A stretch of DNA of 56,698 nt from an uncultured Bacteroidales bacterium (GCA_946409405.1 CAMJWL010000002.1:1-56698); one strand, 5' to 3'; positions 17,778-28,130 are shown, counted from the stretch's first letter. The notes: generated from the sequence alone by a model not told the origin. A program made the numbers and translations.

Positions 17778-17798
17778 AATAATTTTCACTATCAGACG

Positions 17799-17806
17799 CA
17801 AAATTA
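17799..17806 (-). promoter_or_regulatory. Candidate -7 box (TAATTTTG on minus strand) for the GT2-sigma-rsmG operon
   Basis: Plus-strand CAAAATTA, 22 nt upstream of ATG 17777. Confidence 0.45.
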
Positions 17807-17861
17807 CAATCTTTTTCGTGATTTGAAAAAAAAATTGTTTAGTTATATGAATTTTTTGCTG

Positions 17862-17869
17862 TAACTTTG
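17862..17869 (+). promoter_or_regulatory. Candidate -7 box TAACTTTG immediately upstream of tgt
   Basis: TAnnTTTG match only 5 nt before ATG 17874. This implies either a leaderless or very short-leader mRNA, or a chance match. Confidence 0.3.
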
Positions 17870-17873
17870 CACC

Positions 17874-19004
17874 ATGAAATTCAAGATAACACATACCGAC
17901 ACTCGTACAAACGCCCGCACCGGCGTTATCAGCACGGATCATGGCGACGTGCCGACCCCGATTTTCATGCCCGTAGGCACTGTGGGGTCGGTGAAGGGCG
18001 TTCATCAGCGCGAACTCAGCGACGACATCAATGCCAAAATCATCCTTGGCAACACCTACCACCTGTACCTCCGCCCCGGCATGGACATCATCCGCAAGGC
18101 GGGCGGCTTGCACAAGTTTATAGGCTGGGACAGGGCTATATTGACCGACAGCGGCGGTTTTCAAGTGTTTTCCCTCGCCGAAAACAGGAAAATAACCCCG
18201 CAGGGCGTTACCTTCCGCTCGCACATCGACGGAAGCAAGCACCTCTTCACGCCCGAAAACGTAGTGGACATCGAGCGCACCATCGGCAGCGACATCATGA
18301 TGGCTCTCGACGAATGTACCCCCTACCCTTGCACTTACGAATACGCCACCAAGTCGCTCGACATCACCCACAAATGGCTGGCAAGGGGCGTACAGCATTT
18401 TAAGGAGAGCGAGCCTCTCTACGGCCACTCCCAGGCGTACTTCCCAATCGTGCAGGGCAGCGTCTATAAGGATTTGAGGGAGAAGTCGGCGGAGTTTATC
18501 GCTAATCAAGGCATGGACGGCAACGCCATCGGCGGTCTCTCCGTAGGCGAACCCGTGGAGATGATGTACGAGATGATTGAGGTGGTAAACAACATCCTGC
18601 CCCTCGACAAGCCGCGATACCTGATGGGCGTAGGCACTCCCGCCAACATTATAGAAGGTGTGGCGCGGGGCATAGACATGTTTGACTGCGTGATGCCCAC
18701 CCGCAACGGCAGAAACGGCATGATTTTTACCTCGCAAGGCACTATCAACCTCAAAAACGAGAAGTGGAAGGACGATTTTACCGAACTCGACCCCAATGGT
18801 ACGTCTTTCGTGGATCATTGTTACACAAAGGCTTACGTGCGGCATCTCGTAGTATCGGGCGAAAGGCTCGCGGCGCAAATTGCAAGCATCCACAACCTTG
18901 CCTTCTACCTCGCGCTCGTAGCCGAAATCCGCACCCGCATCGCCGACGGCACTTTTGCCGACTGGAAGGATGAGGCGGCAAAAAGGATGATGCAACGGCT
19001 ATAA
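17874..19004 (+). CDS. tgt: tRNA-guanine(34) transglycosylase (queuine tRNA-ribosyltransferase)
   Basis: 376 aa. ARTGVISTDHGDVPTPIFMPVGT, LTDSGGFQV, MMALDEC and DMFDCVMPTRNGRNG are canonical Tgt motifs. Confidence 0.95.
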   Translation: MKFKITHTDTRTNARTGVISTDHGDVPTPIFMPVGTVGSVKGVHQRELSDDINAKIILGNTYHLYLRPGMDIIRKAGGLHKFIGWDRAILTDSGGFQVFSLAENRKITPQGVTFRSHIDGSKHLFTPENVVDIERTIGSDIMMALDECTPYPCTYEYATKSLDITHKWLARGVQHFKESEPLYGHSQAYFPIVQGSVYKDLREKSAEFIANQGMDGNAIGGLSVGEPVEMMYEMIEVVNNILPLDKPRYLMGVGTPANIIEGVARGIDMFDCVMPTRNGRNGMIFTSQGTINLKNEKWKDDFTELDPNGTSFVDHCYTKAYVRHLVVSGERLAAQIASIHNLAFYLALVAEIRTRIADGTFADWKDEAAKRMMQRL

Positions 19005-19079
19005 AAAGAATATTTTTGGGGGCAAATCAAAAAAAATTTTTTTCACGCAAAAAAATTTCATATCCAAAAAAAAAAATTA

Positions 19080-19087
19080 TATCTTTG
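19080..19087 (+). promoter_or_regulatory. Candidate -7 box TATCTTTG for the Rpn-family gene
   Basis: TAnnTTTG match 33 nt upstream of ATG 19120, preceded by an A/T-rich tract. Confidence 0.45.
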
Positions 19088-19119
19088 CCCTTGATGAACA
19101 ACCCTCAAAAACTCTTGAC

Positions 19120-20112
19120 ATGAACAAAAAGCAAGGAGATATTGTAAACACCAAATACATAAACCCTTACACCGATTTTGGTTTTAAGAAACTATTCGGC
19201 TCGCCACTCAACAAGGATTTGCTGATAGGGTTTCTTAATGCCCTTTTTGAAGAAGCCAAACAAATACCTGGCGACAAGATACTTGATGTCAAGTATCTGA
19301 GCAACGAAATGCTTGGACGCTCCCCATACGACCGCAAGGCGGTTTTTGACGTGCTGTGCGAAACAGAGAAAGGCGTTAAATTTCATTTAGAGATGCAGAA
19401 CGTTTTTCAGGAATTCTTTATCGACAGGACACTTTATTATTCCACATTCTCCATACAAAATATGGCAAGACGGGATTCTACGGAAGAAGGAGGTTGGGAT
19501 TTCCAACTTCAAAAACTTTATTCTGTTAATATCCTCAATTTCACGTTCAAAGAGAAGGAAAAGAAGAACGACGACGGCAACAACTCCAAGGAAATCGTAA
19601 ACGAAATATCCGATGACGACCTGTTGCATTGCGTAATGCTCAAAAACGTCAAAACCAACAAAATCTTTTACGACAAGTTGGTATTCATCTACCTTGAAAT
19701 GCCCAAATTCAAAAAAAGTATTGAGGAGTGCAAATCGTTCTACGAAAAATGGCTTTTTGTACTGCAAAACCTCACGCGCCTTATTGAGCGACCCAAGGAG
19801 TTGCAAGAGCGTGTATTTCAGCGGCTTTTTGAACAGGCAGAAATTGCCCAATACACCCCTGAAGAGTATTCGGCATACGAGGAAAGTCTGATGAATCTGT
19901 GGGACATTGCCAATGGCTACAAGGCTGCGGAGAAAAAAGGCATCGAAAAAGGCGAAAAAATCGGCATCGAAAAAGGTCGCGCCGAGGGCATTGCCGAAGG
20001 CACACATCAAGCCACCCTCGCCATCGCCCGCTCACTCAAAGCGTCAGGGCTTGATGCAGAATTCATCGCCCAAAACACCGGCTTGTCAATCAACGAAATC
20101 AACACCCTCTAA
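19120..20112 (+). CDS. Rpn-family recombination-promoting nuclease / putative transposase (PD-(D/E)XK)
   Basis: 330 aa. YINPYTDFGFKKLFG...DRKAVFDVLCETEKGVKFHLEMQN is the conserved N-terminal nuclease core of the family. The C-terminal repetitive EKKGIEKGEKIGIEKGRAEGIAEG helix is also typical. Confidence 0.8.
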   Translation: MNKKQGDIVNTKYINPYTDFGFKKLFGSPLNKDLLIGFLNALFEEAKQIPGDKILDVKYLSNEMLGRSPYDRKAVFDVLCETEKGVKFHLEMQNVFQEFFIDRTLYYSTFSIQNMARRDSTEEGGWDFQLQKLYSVNILNFTFKEKEKKNDDGNNSKEIVNEISDDDLLHCVMLKNVKTNKIFYDKLVFIYLEMPKFKKSIEECKSFYEKWLFVLQNLTRLIERPKELQERVFQRLFEQAEIAQYTPEEYSAYEESLMNLWDIANGYKAAEKKGIEKGEKIGIEKGRAEGIAEGTHQATLAIARSLKASGLDAEFIAQNTGLSINEINTL

Positions 20113-20128
20113 CCCCATGAAAAACATG

Positions 20129-20141
20129 TATATATATATAT
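20129..20141. repeat. (TA)6 dinucleotide microsatellite
   Basis: tatatatatatat sits between the Rpn-family stop and the start of the giant surface-protein gene. Confidence 0.9.
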
Positions 20142-20228
20142 CACATCCACCGCCACCGCCCCATGCAAGGGAAGCCGTTTTTTTTGTATCACGAAATCAG
20201 TCAATATTCAACCAATAATCATCAACAA

Positions 20229-23200
20229 ATGAAAACAAACACATTATTCACTCTAATTGCCGCATTGCTGATGCTTGCCACAGCAACGGCAACGGCGCAG
20301 AACACCGTACAACTCACCCAGAACGGCGACGAATGGTACGTGAATATGCCCCAGAAAGGTACTTCCACACTAACACTCACCGACGCTACAATCACCACAT
20401 TCAAAGTCTATGACGACGGCGGCAAGAACGGCAATTACAGCAGCGGCTGTAAAGGCACTCTCGTCCTTACCGCACCAGAAGGCTACGACATTCAACTTTC
20501 AGGCAACATTACAACAGAAACATACGACAAATTGACCGTATATGACAACAACGAGGCTTCTGGAAATAAGTTGATAAGCGAATTCTCAAGTAGCAGCAAC
20601 GGCACACTGACTAACATCCCCACTACACTAAGCACTGGTCAGAGCATCACGCTCTATTTCTATTCTGATAATATTTATAATTATAAAGGTCTCGACCTCA
20701 CTATACGCATCTTTGATCCCAACGAGGAGTTTGCTATCACAATACCATCCGCCACTACAGGCGGCTCCATCTCAGCAATAATCGATGAAACAGAAGTAAC
20801 CTCTGCAAATCCAAGCAATGTAGTAACCCTGACCGCCTCACCCGACGACGGGTATATCTCAGCGACCTCACAGTAACTGACGCAGACAACAAAATTATGC
20901 CAATTACTCGAAACATTTGGTCAAATACCGCAACATTCACTATGCCTCTATCTGCCGTCTCCGTAACACCAACATTCACCAACAATCTAACAGCCGATGG
21001 AGGTCTCTACATCAATATGCCAGCCACAGGCACACAGACCGTAACCATACCAGCCCACGTAACGTCATTCAGAGTCTATGACGACGGCGGCAAGGACGGC
21101 AATTACAGCAGCAACTGCGACGGCACTCTCGTCATTACCGCTCCCGATGGGTACAACCTTCAACTTTCAGGCAACATTACAACAGAAGATGATGATGACA
21201 GACTAACTGTATATGACAACAACGAGGCATCTGGAGATAAGTTGATAAGCGAATTATCAAGTAGACACGACAACGTCTTGACTAACATTCCCACTACATT
21301 AAGCACTGGTCAGAGCATCACGCTCTATTATCATTCTAATGGATATGCTAATTATGCCGGGTTCAATCTCACGGTACGCATCTTTGATCCCAACGAGGAG
21401 TTTGCTATCACAATACCTTCCGCCACTACCGGCGGCTCTCTCTCGGCAAAAATTGGCGATACAGAAGTATCATCAGCAAAACCAAACAATGTAGTAACCT
21501 TGACCACCTCACCCAACGACGGATATTTGCTCCGCGACCTCATAGTAACCGATGCCGACAACAACATCGTGCCAATTACTTGGAACATTTGGTCTAATAC
21601 CGCCACATTCATTATGCCAGGTTCTGCCGTCACCGTAAAACAAACATTCACCAACAATAAGACTGCAGACGACGGTCTCTACATAAATATGCCAGCCACA
21701 GGTACACAGACAGCAATCATCCCAGCAGATGTAAAATCATTTAAGGTCTATGACGACGGTGGCAAGGACGGCAATTACAGCAACTACAGCGACGGCATTC
21801 TCGTCCTTACTGCACCCGAAGGCTACGGCATACAACTTTCAGGCAACATTACAACAGAAGGAGGTAGCGACAAACTAACCGTATATGACAACAACGAGGC
21901 TTCTGGAAATAAGTTGATAAACGAATTATCAAGTAGCAGCAACAACGTCCTGACGAACATCCCCACTACACTAAGTACCGGTCAGAGTATCACGCTCTTT
22001 TTCTATTCTGGTAGTTCTACAAATTATGCCGGTCTCGACATCACGGCAAGCATCTTTGATGCCAACGAGGAGTTTGCTATCACAATACCTACAGCCACTA
22101 TCGGCGGCTCTATCTCGGCGAAAGTTGGCGATACAGAAGTATCATCAGCAAAGCCAAACAATGTAGTAACCCTGACCGCCACACCCGACAACGGGTATTT
22201 GCTCAGCGACCTCACAGTAACCGACAATGACAACAACATTGTACCAATTACTTGGGTCATTTGGCCAAAAACCGCCACATTCATTATGCCAGGTTCTGCC
22301 GTCTCTGTAACACCAACATTCACCAACAATCTGACAGCCGACGGCGGTATCTATATCAATATGCCAGCAACAGGCACACAGAAAGCAATCATCCCAGCCG
22401 GTGTGAAATCATTCAAGGTCTATGACGACGGCGGCAAGGACGGAGAATACAGCAAAAAATGCGACGGCACCCTCATCCTTACAGCCCCAGAAGGCTACAC
22501 CATACAACTTTCAGGCAACATTGCAACAGAAAAAGGTTATGACAAACTGACAGTATATGACAATAACGAGGCTTCGGGCTCTAAGTTGATAAGCGAATTA
22601 TCAAGTAGTAGCAGCAGCATCCTGACTAACATTCCCACTGTACTAAGCACCGGTCAGAGTATCACGCTCTTTTTCCATTCTGATGGTTATGGTAATTATG
22701 CCGGTCTCGACCTTACTGTACGCATCTTTGATCCCAACGAGGAGGTCGCTATCACAATACCATCCGTTACTACTGGCGGCTCCATCTCGGCAAAAATTGA
22801 TGAAACAGAAGTATCATCAGCAAAACCATATCATGTAGTAACCTTGGCTGCCACACCCGAAGACGGATATTTGCTCAGCGACCTCACCGTAACCGACACC
22901 GACAACAACATCGTGCCAATTACTTGGAACATTTGGACAAATACCGCCACATTCACCATGCCACTCTCAGTCGTCACCGTAACACCAACCTTCACCAACA
23001 ATAAGACTGCCGATGACGGTCTTTTCATCAACATGCCAGTCTCTGGCACACAGACAGTAACTATACCTACCCACGTAACGTCATTCAAAGTTTATGACGA
23101 CGGCGGCAAGAACGGCAATTACAGCAACAGTTGCGACGGTACACTCATCCTTACAGCCCCCGAAGGATACGGCATACAACTTTCAGGCAACATTACAACA

Positions 23201-26200
23201 GAAGAAGATGATGACAGACTAACTGTATATGACAACAACGAGGCATCTGGAGATAAGTTGATAAGCGAGTTATCAAGTAGCGGCTACAAAGTCCTAACTA
23301 ACATTCCCACTGTACTAAGCACCGGTCTGGGTATCACGCTCTTTTTCCATTCTGATGATTATGGTAATTATGCCGGTCTCGACCTTACTGTACGCATCTT
23401 TGATCCCAACGAGGAATTTGCCATCACAATACCATCCGTCACTACCGGAGGCTCTATCTTGGCAAAAATTGGCGATACAGAAATATCATCAGCAAAACCA
23501 AACAATGTAGTAACCTTAACCGCCACACCCGCCGACGGATATTTGCTCAGCGACCTCATTGTAACCGACGCCGACAACAACGTCGTACCAACAACATGGA
23601 ACATTTGGCCATATACCGCCACATTCACCATGCCAGCCTCTGACGTTACCGTAACACCAACATTTACCAACAATCTTACGGCCGACGGCGGTCTATACAT
23701 CAATATGCCAGCCACAGGTACACAGACAGTAAACATCCCAGACGATGTAATATCATTCAAAATCTATGACGACGGCGGCAAGAACGGCAATTACAGCAAC
23801 AACTGCGACGGCACACTCATCCTTACAGCCCCCGAAGGATACGGAATACAACTTTCGGGCAGCATTACAACACATTATTATTATGACAAACTGACCATAT
23901 ATGACAACAACAAGGCGTCAGGCACTAAATTACTCGATGGAGTAGAATCAAACGAATCGACTGATATTCTACTACAGAGCACCAGTAATAGCATGACGCT
24001 CTATTTCAATTCTAATAACACGTACAATATAGACGGTCTCGACCTAACTGCAACTCTCATCAGCCCCAATATTTTGTATGACATCACGATAAATCAAACC
24101 AATGGCGGCAGCATCTCGGCAAAAGTAGGTGATACGGAAGCCGCATCTGCCAAACACAACGACGTTGTTGCCATAACAGCCTCGCCCGAAACGGACTTCT
24201 TGCTTAGTAGTATCAACGTTGTTAATGCAGATGGTAATGCTGTACCAGTATCATGGAATGGATGGCTCTACCCTGCCACATTTACAATGCCACGAAAAGA
24301 CGTCTCAATCACTCCGACATTCACCAACAATCTTACAGCCGACGGCGGTCTTTTTATCAACATGCCAGCCACTGGCACACAGACAGTAACCATTCCTGAC
24401 AACGTAACATCATTCAAGATATATGACAATGGCGGCAAAGACGGCAAATACAGCAACAATTGCAATGGTACCCTCGTCCTTACAGCCCCAGGAAACTATT
24501 ACATTCAACTTTCGGGCAACATTTCCACATATTCTGGTGATATATTGACCGTGTATGACAACAACGAGGCTTCTGGCGATAAGTTGATCAACGAATTTTC
24601 TTCATGGAATACCATCCAGACCGTACTAAGCACCGGTCAGAGTATCACGCTCTTTTTCTATTCTGATGATTCAAGAAATGCTGACGGTCTCGACCTCACA
24701 GCAACACTCGTTGACCCCAATCAGGAGTTTAATATCAATATAAATACCGCCTCCAACGGCACTATCACGGCAACGATTGACGGTACAGAAGTGTCGTCTG
24801 CAAAAATCAACGACGTCATCACCTTGACCACCGTAACTGATTACGGCTACATCCTCAGCAACATCAGCATTGTGGACGCCAACGGCAACACTATATACTC
24901 CGGCAACTCCACAACATTCAGAATGCCAATATCTGACGTTACTATCACCCCAACATTCGCCGACAATCGTTCTGCCATCACTAAGAATGACGCTACTGGT
25001 GGCTCTATATCAACCAAAATGGGCGAAACAGAAGTAACATCCGCCCTTCAAGATGAAACAATTACCATAACAGCCACTCCTGAAAACGGATACATACTCA
25101 CAGGCATCAGCGTTACAGACAACGACGGCAAAGCAGTGCCTGTCGCATGGGCAGGATGGTATGCCGGCAACTCCGCCAATACCGCTACATTCACCATGCC
25201 ATCCACACCCGTCACTATCACCCCGACATTCTCCAACAATCTGACAGCCGATGGCGGTCTATACATCAACATGCCAGCCACAGGTACATTGACCGCCACA
25301 ATCCCTGCGCCTGTCAAGTCGTTCAAGATATATGATGACGGCGGCAAAGACGGTCTATACAGCGACTATTGTGATGGCACACTCATTATGACTGCCCCCG
25401 AAGGCTACAAATATAAACTATCAAGCGAGGATGTCGTATTATATAAAGGCACACTAACAGTATATGACAACAACGCAGCGAGCGGCAAAATTATAGTGCA
25501 AAAAACATATAACAGCTACTTCGCTAATTTTTCTGACGTGTTAAGTAGCGGTCCGAATATGACAATCAATTTGGCAGACAATAGTTCCAAGGTAGGACAA
25601 TGGAGCGGATACAAAGGTATCGACCTGACCGCAATCTGCCTAAAACCCTTATCACACTCAGACATCACAGTTGCCGAAATCCCCGACCAACCCTTCACCG
25701 GCGAGGGAATCGAACCCGAAGTGATTGTAAAAGACGGCGAAATTACGCTTGAAAAAGGCACTGATTACACGGTTGAATACAGCGACAACACCAGCACAGG
25801 AACATCCGCAAAAATTATAATCACCGGCACCGGCAATTACATTGGATCGGTAGAAAAAACCTTCCAAATCGTACCGAGCGTTGCCACCTACGGTGCAATC
25901 ACCACCACCACAGACGAAAACGGCACCACCGCAGAAATCGACGGCAACTACGACGGCACAGATGCAATGTCGCTTCCCACAGGCGGCATCACAGTAAACT
26001 CTGTTGTACTCAACCGCACCTTTGAAGCGAACAAATATTCCACCATCGTTCTGCCCTTTGAAGCGACATTGCCCAATGCATTAGGCACATTCTACACCTT
26101 CCAGGGCGTTGATTACGACAAAAATGGCGACAGCAAGTGGACTGCCAATGTAACATCCGTAGAAGGCTCTATCCTCTCCGCCAATACGCCCTACATTTTC

Positions 26201-26818
26201 TTGCCAAACAACGAGGTTACACAACTTTCGTGGAACATTACAACACTCTTGACCACGGACAAAGAGCCCACCACCCAAGTAACAGACGACAACGGCGATT
26301 GGACTTTCACCGGCACATACCAAAAGAAAGTCTTTGGCGAAATGCCCGCCGACCAGACATACTACGGTTTTGCCGGTGCTAACAACAACGACATTGCCAT
26401 AGGCGAATTTGTACGCGGTGGCGGCAACGCATTTGTACGTCCCTTCCGTTGCTATCTGGCGTTTGACGATGCCGATGGTCTCTCCAAATCCGCCCTTGTC
26501 CTCCCCGACCGCATCGAAGTGCGCGTAGTAAGCGGCATCCTCGACCCCGACGACCCGCAATCCGATCCTTCCGGCGACATCGAGACCCCCACCTCTGAAA
26601 TCCAACCCGCCGCCACGGCAAACGTCTGGTCGTACTCCAAGACCATCTACATCGCCGCCGCGCCCAATACGCCCTACACGATTGTAGATGTTAACGGCCG
26701 TCCCTTGCGCACCGGCATCACCGCCACCGACCGCGACGAAGTGCGCCTCGGACGTGGCAAGGCAGATGGCATAGTGATAGTGATTGTAGGCGACAAATCG
26801 TTCAAAATCAGATATTAA
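20229..26818 (+). pseudogene. Giant repeat surface protein (~2,190 codons): 8 CUB-like plus ~9 InlB-B-repeat-like modules, a conserved C-terminal module and a T9SS-CTD-like tail. Interrupted by a 1-nt deletion near 20856.
   Basis: Signal peptide MKTNTLFTLIAALLMLATATATAQ at 20229. ORF 20163-20876 ends ..SPDDGYISATSQ*. ORF 20897-26818, in the -1 frame, continues the same repeat (..IMPITRNIWSNTATFTMP). Compare intact units reading ..SPDNGYLLSDLTVTDNDNNIVPITW... CUB-like signature: FKVYDDGGKDGNYSNNCDGTLILTAPEGYGIQLSGNITTE..LTVYDNNEASG..STGQSITLFFHSD..GLDLTV. Confidence 0.8.
20300..25400 (+). repeat. Tandem coding repeats, core period 672 nt (224 aa)
   Basis: The anchor word TATGA(C/T)GACGG occurs at 20409, 21077, 21749, 22421, 23093, 23765, (24422), 25331. 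Spacings are 668, 672, 672, 672, 672, 657, 909 nt. Only the first spacing is not a multiple of 3. Confidence 0.9.
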
Positions 26819-26835
26819 CACATTGTTTCACCGCC

Positions 26836-26880
26836 GTAGAGACGTTGCGCGCAACGTCTCTCTGCGCGCAACGTCTCTAC
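26836..26880. repeat. Palindromic element GTAGAGACGTTGCGCGCAACGTCTCT[CTGCGCGCAACGTCTCT]AC, with its right arm duplicated
   Basis: Starts 18 nt after the stop of giant gene 1. It is the same core as the perfect 28-nt palindrome at 47734-47761, plus a 17-nt imperfect tandem duplication of the right arm. Confidence 0.9.
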
Positions 26881-26895
26881 ATACCCAACAACAAC

Positions 26896-26936
26896 AACCC
26901 CGCACATCATCGGTTTTGATGTGCGGGGTTTTTTAT
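26896..26936 (+). terminator. Rho-independent terminator / REP-like hairpin
   Basis: AACCCCGCACATCA-tcggtt-TTGATGTGCGGGGTT followed by TTTTAT. Confidence 0.75.
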
Positions 26937-26978
26937 AAAAAAATCCTGCGCATGGTGCAGTGATTGAGTTTTTTGTAT

Positions 26979-26986
26979 TATCTTTG
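26979..26986 (+). promoter_or_regulatory. Candidate -7 box TATCTTTG for the lptF/G-like gene
   Basis: TAnnTTTG match 39 nt upstream of ATG 27025. Confidence 0.5.
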
Positions 26987-27024
26987 CAGCCACATTTCAA
27001 TTGTTTCAGCAATTAAACAAAACG

Positions 27025-28104
27025 ATGTTTAAAATATTAGACAGATACATAATAAGAAAATTCCTCGGCACTTTTTTCTACTCGCTGGTGTTGCTCATCT
27101 CGATTGTTATCGTATTCGACATCCAAGAGAAATTCGACGACTTCATCGAGAAAAAAGCACCGCTCAATGCCATCGTGTTCGATTATTACGTGAACTTTGC
27201 GCCTTACTACGCCAATATGTTCATGTTTCTGTTCATATTCATATCGGTGATATTCTTCACGTCCAAACTCGCGGGCAATAGCGAAATCATCGCAATGCTG
27301 AGCGCGGGTATCAGTTTCAAGAGGATTCTTGTGCCGTATTTTGAATCGGCGGCGGTGCTTGCCATCCTGTCGTTTGTGCTGAGCGCATACGTGTTGCCGC
27401 CCGCCACCGACATCAGGCTCCAATTTGAAAACACATATATCAACAAGGCTTACGTAAACACCTCCCGCAACATCCACCGACAAGTAAACGACTCCACGCG
27501 CCTCTATATGCAAAATTACATTGCCTCATCAAACATCGGCAACCGTTTCAGTTGGGAGGTCTATGACGGCAAAATCTTGAAGGAAAAACTCATGAGCGAC
27601 AACATCCGCTGGGATTCCACGCTGGGCAAGTGGCACATCTCCAATTATTACATCCGCTACATCACCCAAAACGGCGACTCGGTGGTAACTGGCAAGGGCA
27701 TGGACACCACATTGGCGATAATCCCCAAGGACTTCAATTCGCGCATCGAGCAAATAGAAACCCTCAGTTCTGAGGAGTTGCACGAGTACATCGAAGAGCA
27801 GGAACGTCGCGGCAACGAAAACATCGCCGCCTTCAAGGTGGAGAGTTACAAGAGGATTGCGTTTCCGTTTGCGTGTTTTATATTGACGTTGATAGGCGTG
27901 TCGCTGTCGAGCAAAAAAGTAAGGGGCGGCATCGGTGTCAACCTCGGCGTGGGATTGGCGTTGAGTTTCAGTTACATACTGTTTATGCAGGTGTTCACGC
28001 AGTTTGCGATAGGCAGTACGATGCCACCGCTACTGGCAGTATGGATACCAAACATTATGTACGCCATAATTGGCATAGTGCTATACTTCAAAGCCCCAAA
28101 ATAA
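27025..28104 (+). CDS. LptF/LptG-family LPS export permease
   Basis: The track ORF starts at TTG 27001; MFKILDRYIIRKFLGTFF (ATG 27025) is the classic LptF/G N-terminus. Six hydrophobic segments with a large periplasmic loop. Confidence 0.85.
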   Translation: MFKILDRYIIRKFLGTFFYSLVLLISIVIVFDIQEKFDDFIEKKAPLNAIVFDYYVNFAPYYANMFMFLFIFISVIFFTSKLAGNSEIIAMLSAGISFKRILVPYFESAAVLAILSFVLSAYVLPPATDIRLQFENTYINKAYVNTSRNIHRQVNDSTRLYMQNYIASSNIGNRFSWEVYDGKILKEKLMSDNIRWDSTLGKWHISNYYIRYITQNGDSVVTGKGMDTTLAIIPKDFNSRIEQIETLSSEELHEYIEEQERRGNENIAAFKVESYKRIAFPFACFILTLIGVSLSSKKVRGGIGVNLGVGLALSFSYILFMQVFTQFAIGSTMPPLLAVWIPNIMYAIIGIVLYFKAPK

Positions 28105-28130
28105 TCTTTTAACGACGGATACGAGTTGCG

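Larger units (their letters stand above)
26483..26936 (+). repeat. Left arm of a long inverted repeat: 3' coding end of giant gene 1 plus its 3' flank
   Basis: By eye ~80-85% identical to the reverse complement of 47687-48135. Exact runs include aagaccatctacatcgccgccgcgcccaat and aaatcgttcaaaatcagatattaaca. Antisense shadow ORFs 26081-26821 and 47775-48038 give matching peptides (MLISDFERF...). Confidence 0.85.

Noticed and set aside
16629-18995. Track ORF of 788 aa on the minus strand, taken as one gene
   Set aside because: Its N-terminal ~400 aa (Val/Gly/His-rich, no motifs) lie exactly antisense to the well-supported tgt gene (17874-19004). Only the part from MIEKLIEV (ATG 17777) has glycosyltransferase motifs, TM helices and a -7 box upstream. 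It was called as 16629-17777.
19120-20112. Rpn-family gene as a bounded IS element
   Set aside because: I could not find terminal inverted repeats or target-site duplications around it by eye. Rpn-family genes are usually stand-alone.
20300-25400. Regular tandem repeats as a possible CRISPR array or satellite
   Set aside because: The period is 672 nt and lies inside one continuous reading frame with conserved protein domains. There is no short repeat/spacer structure and no cas genes.
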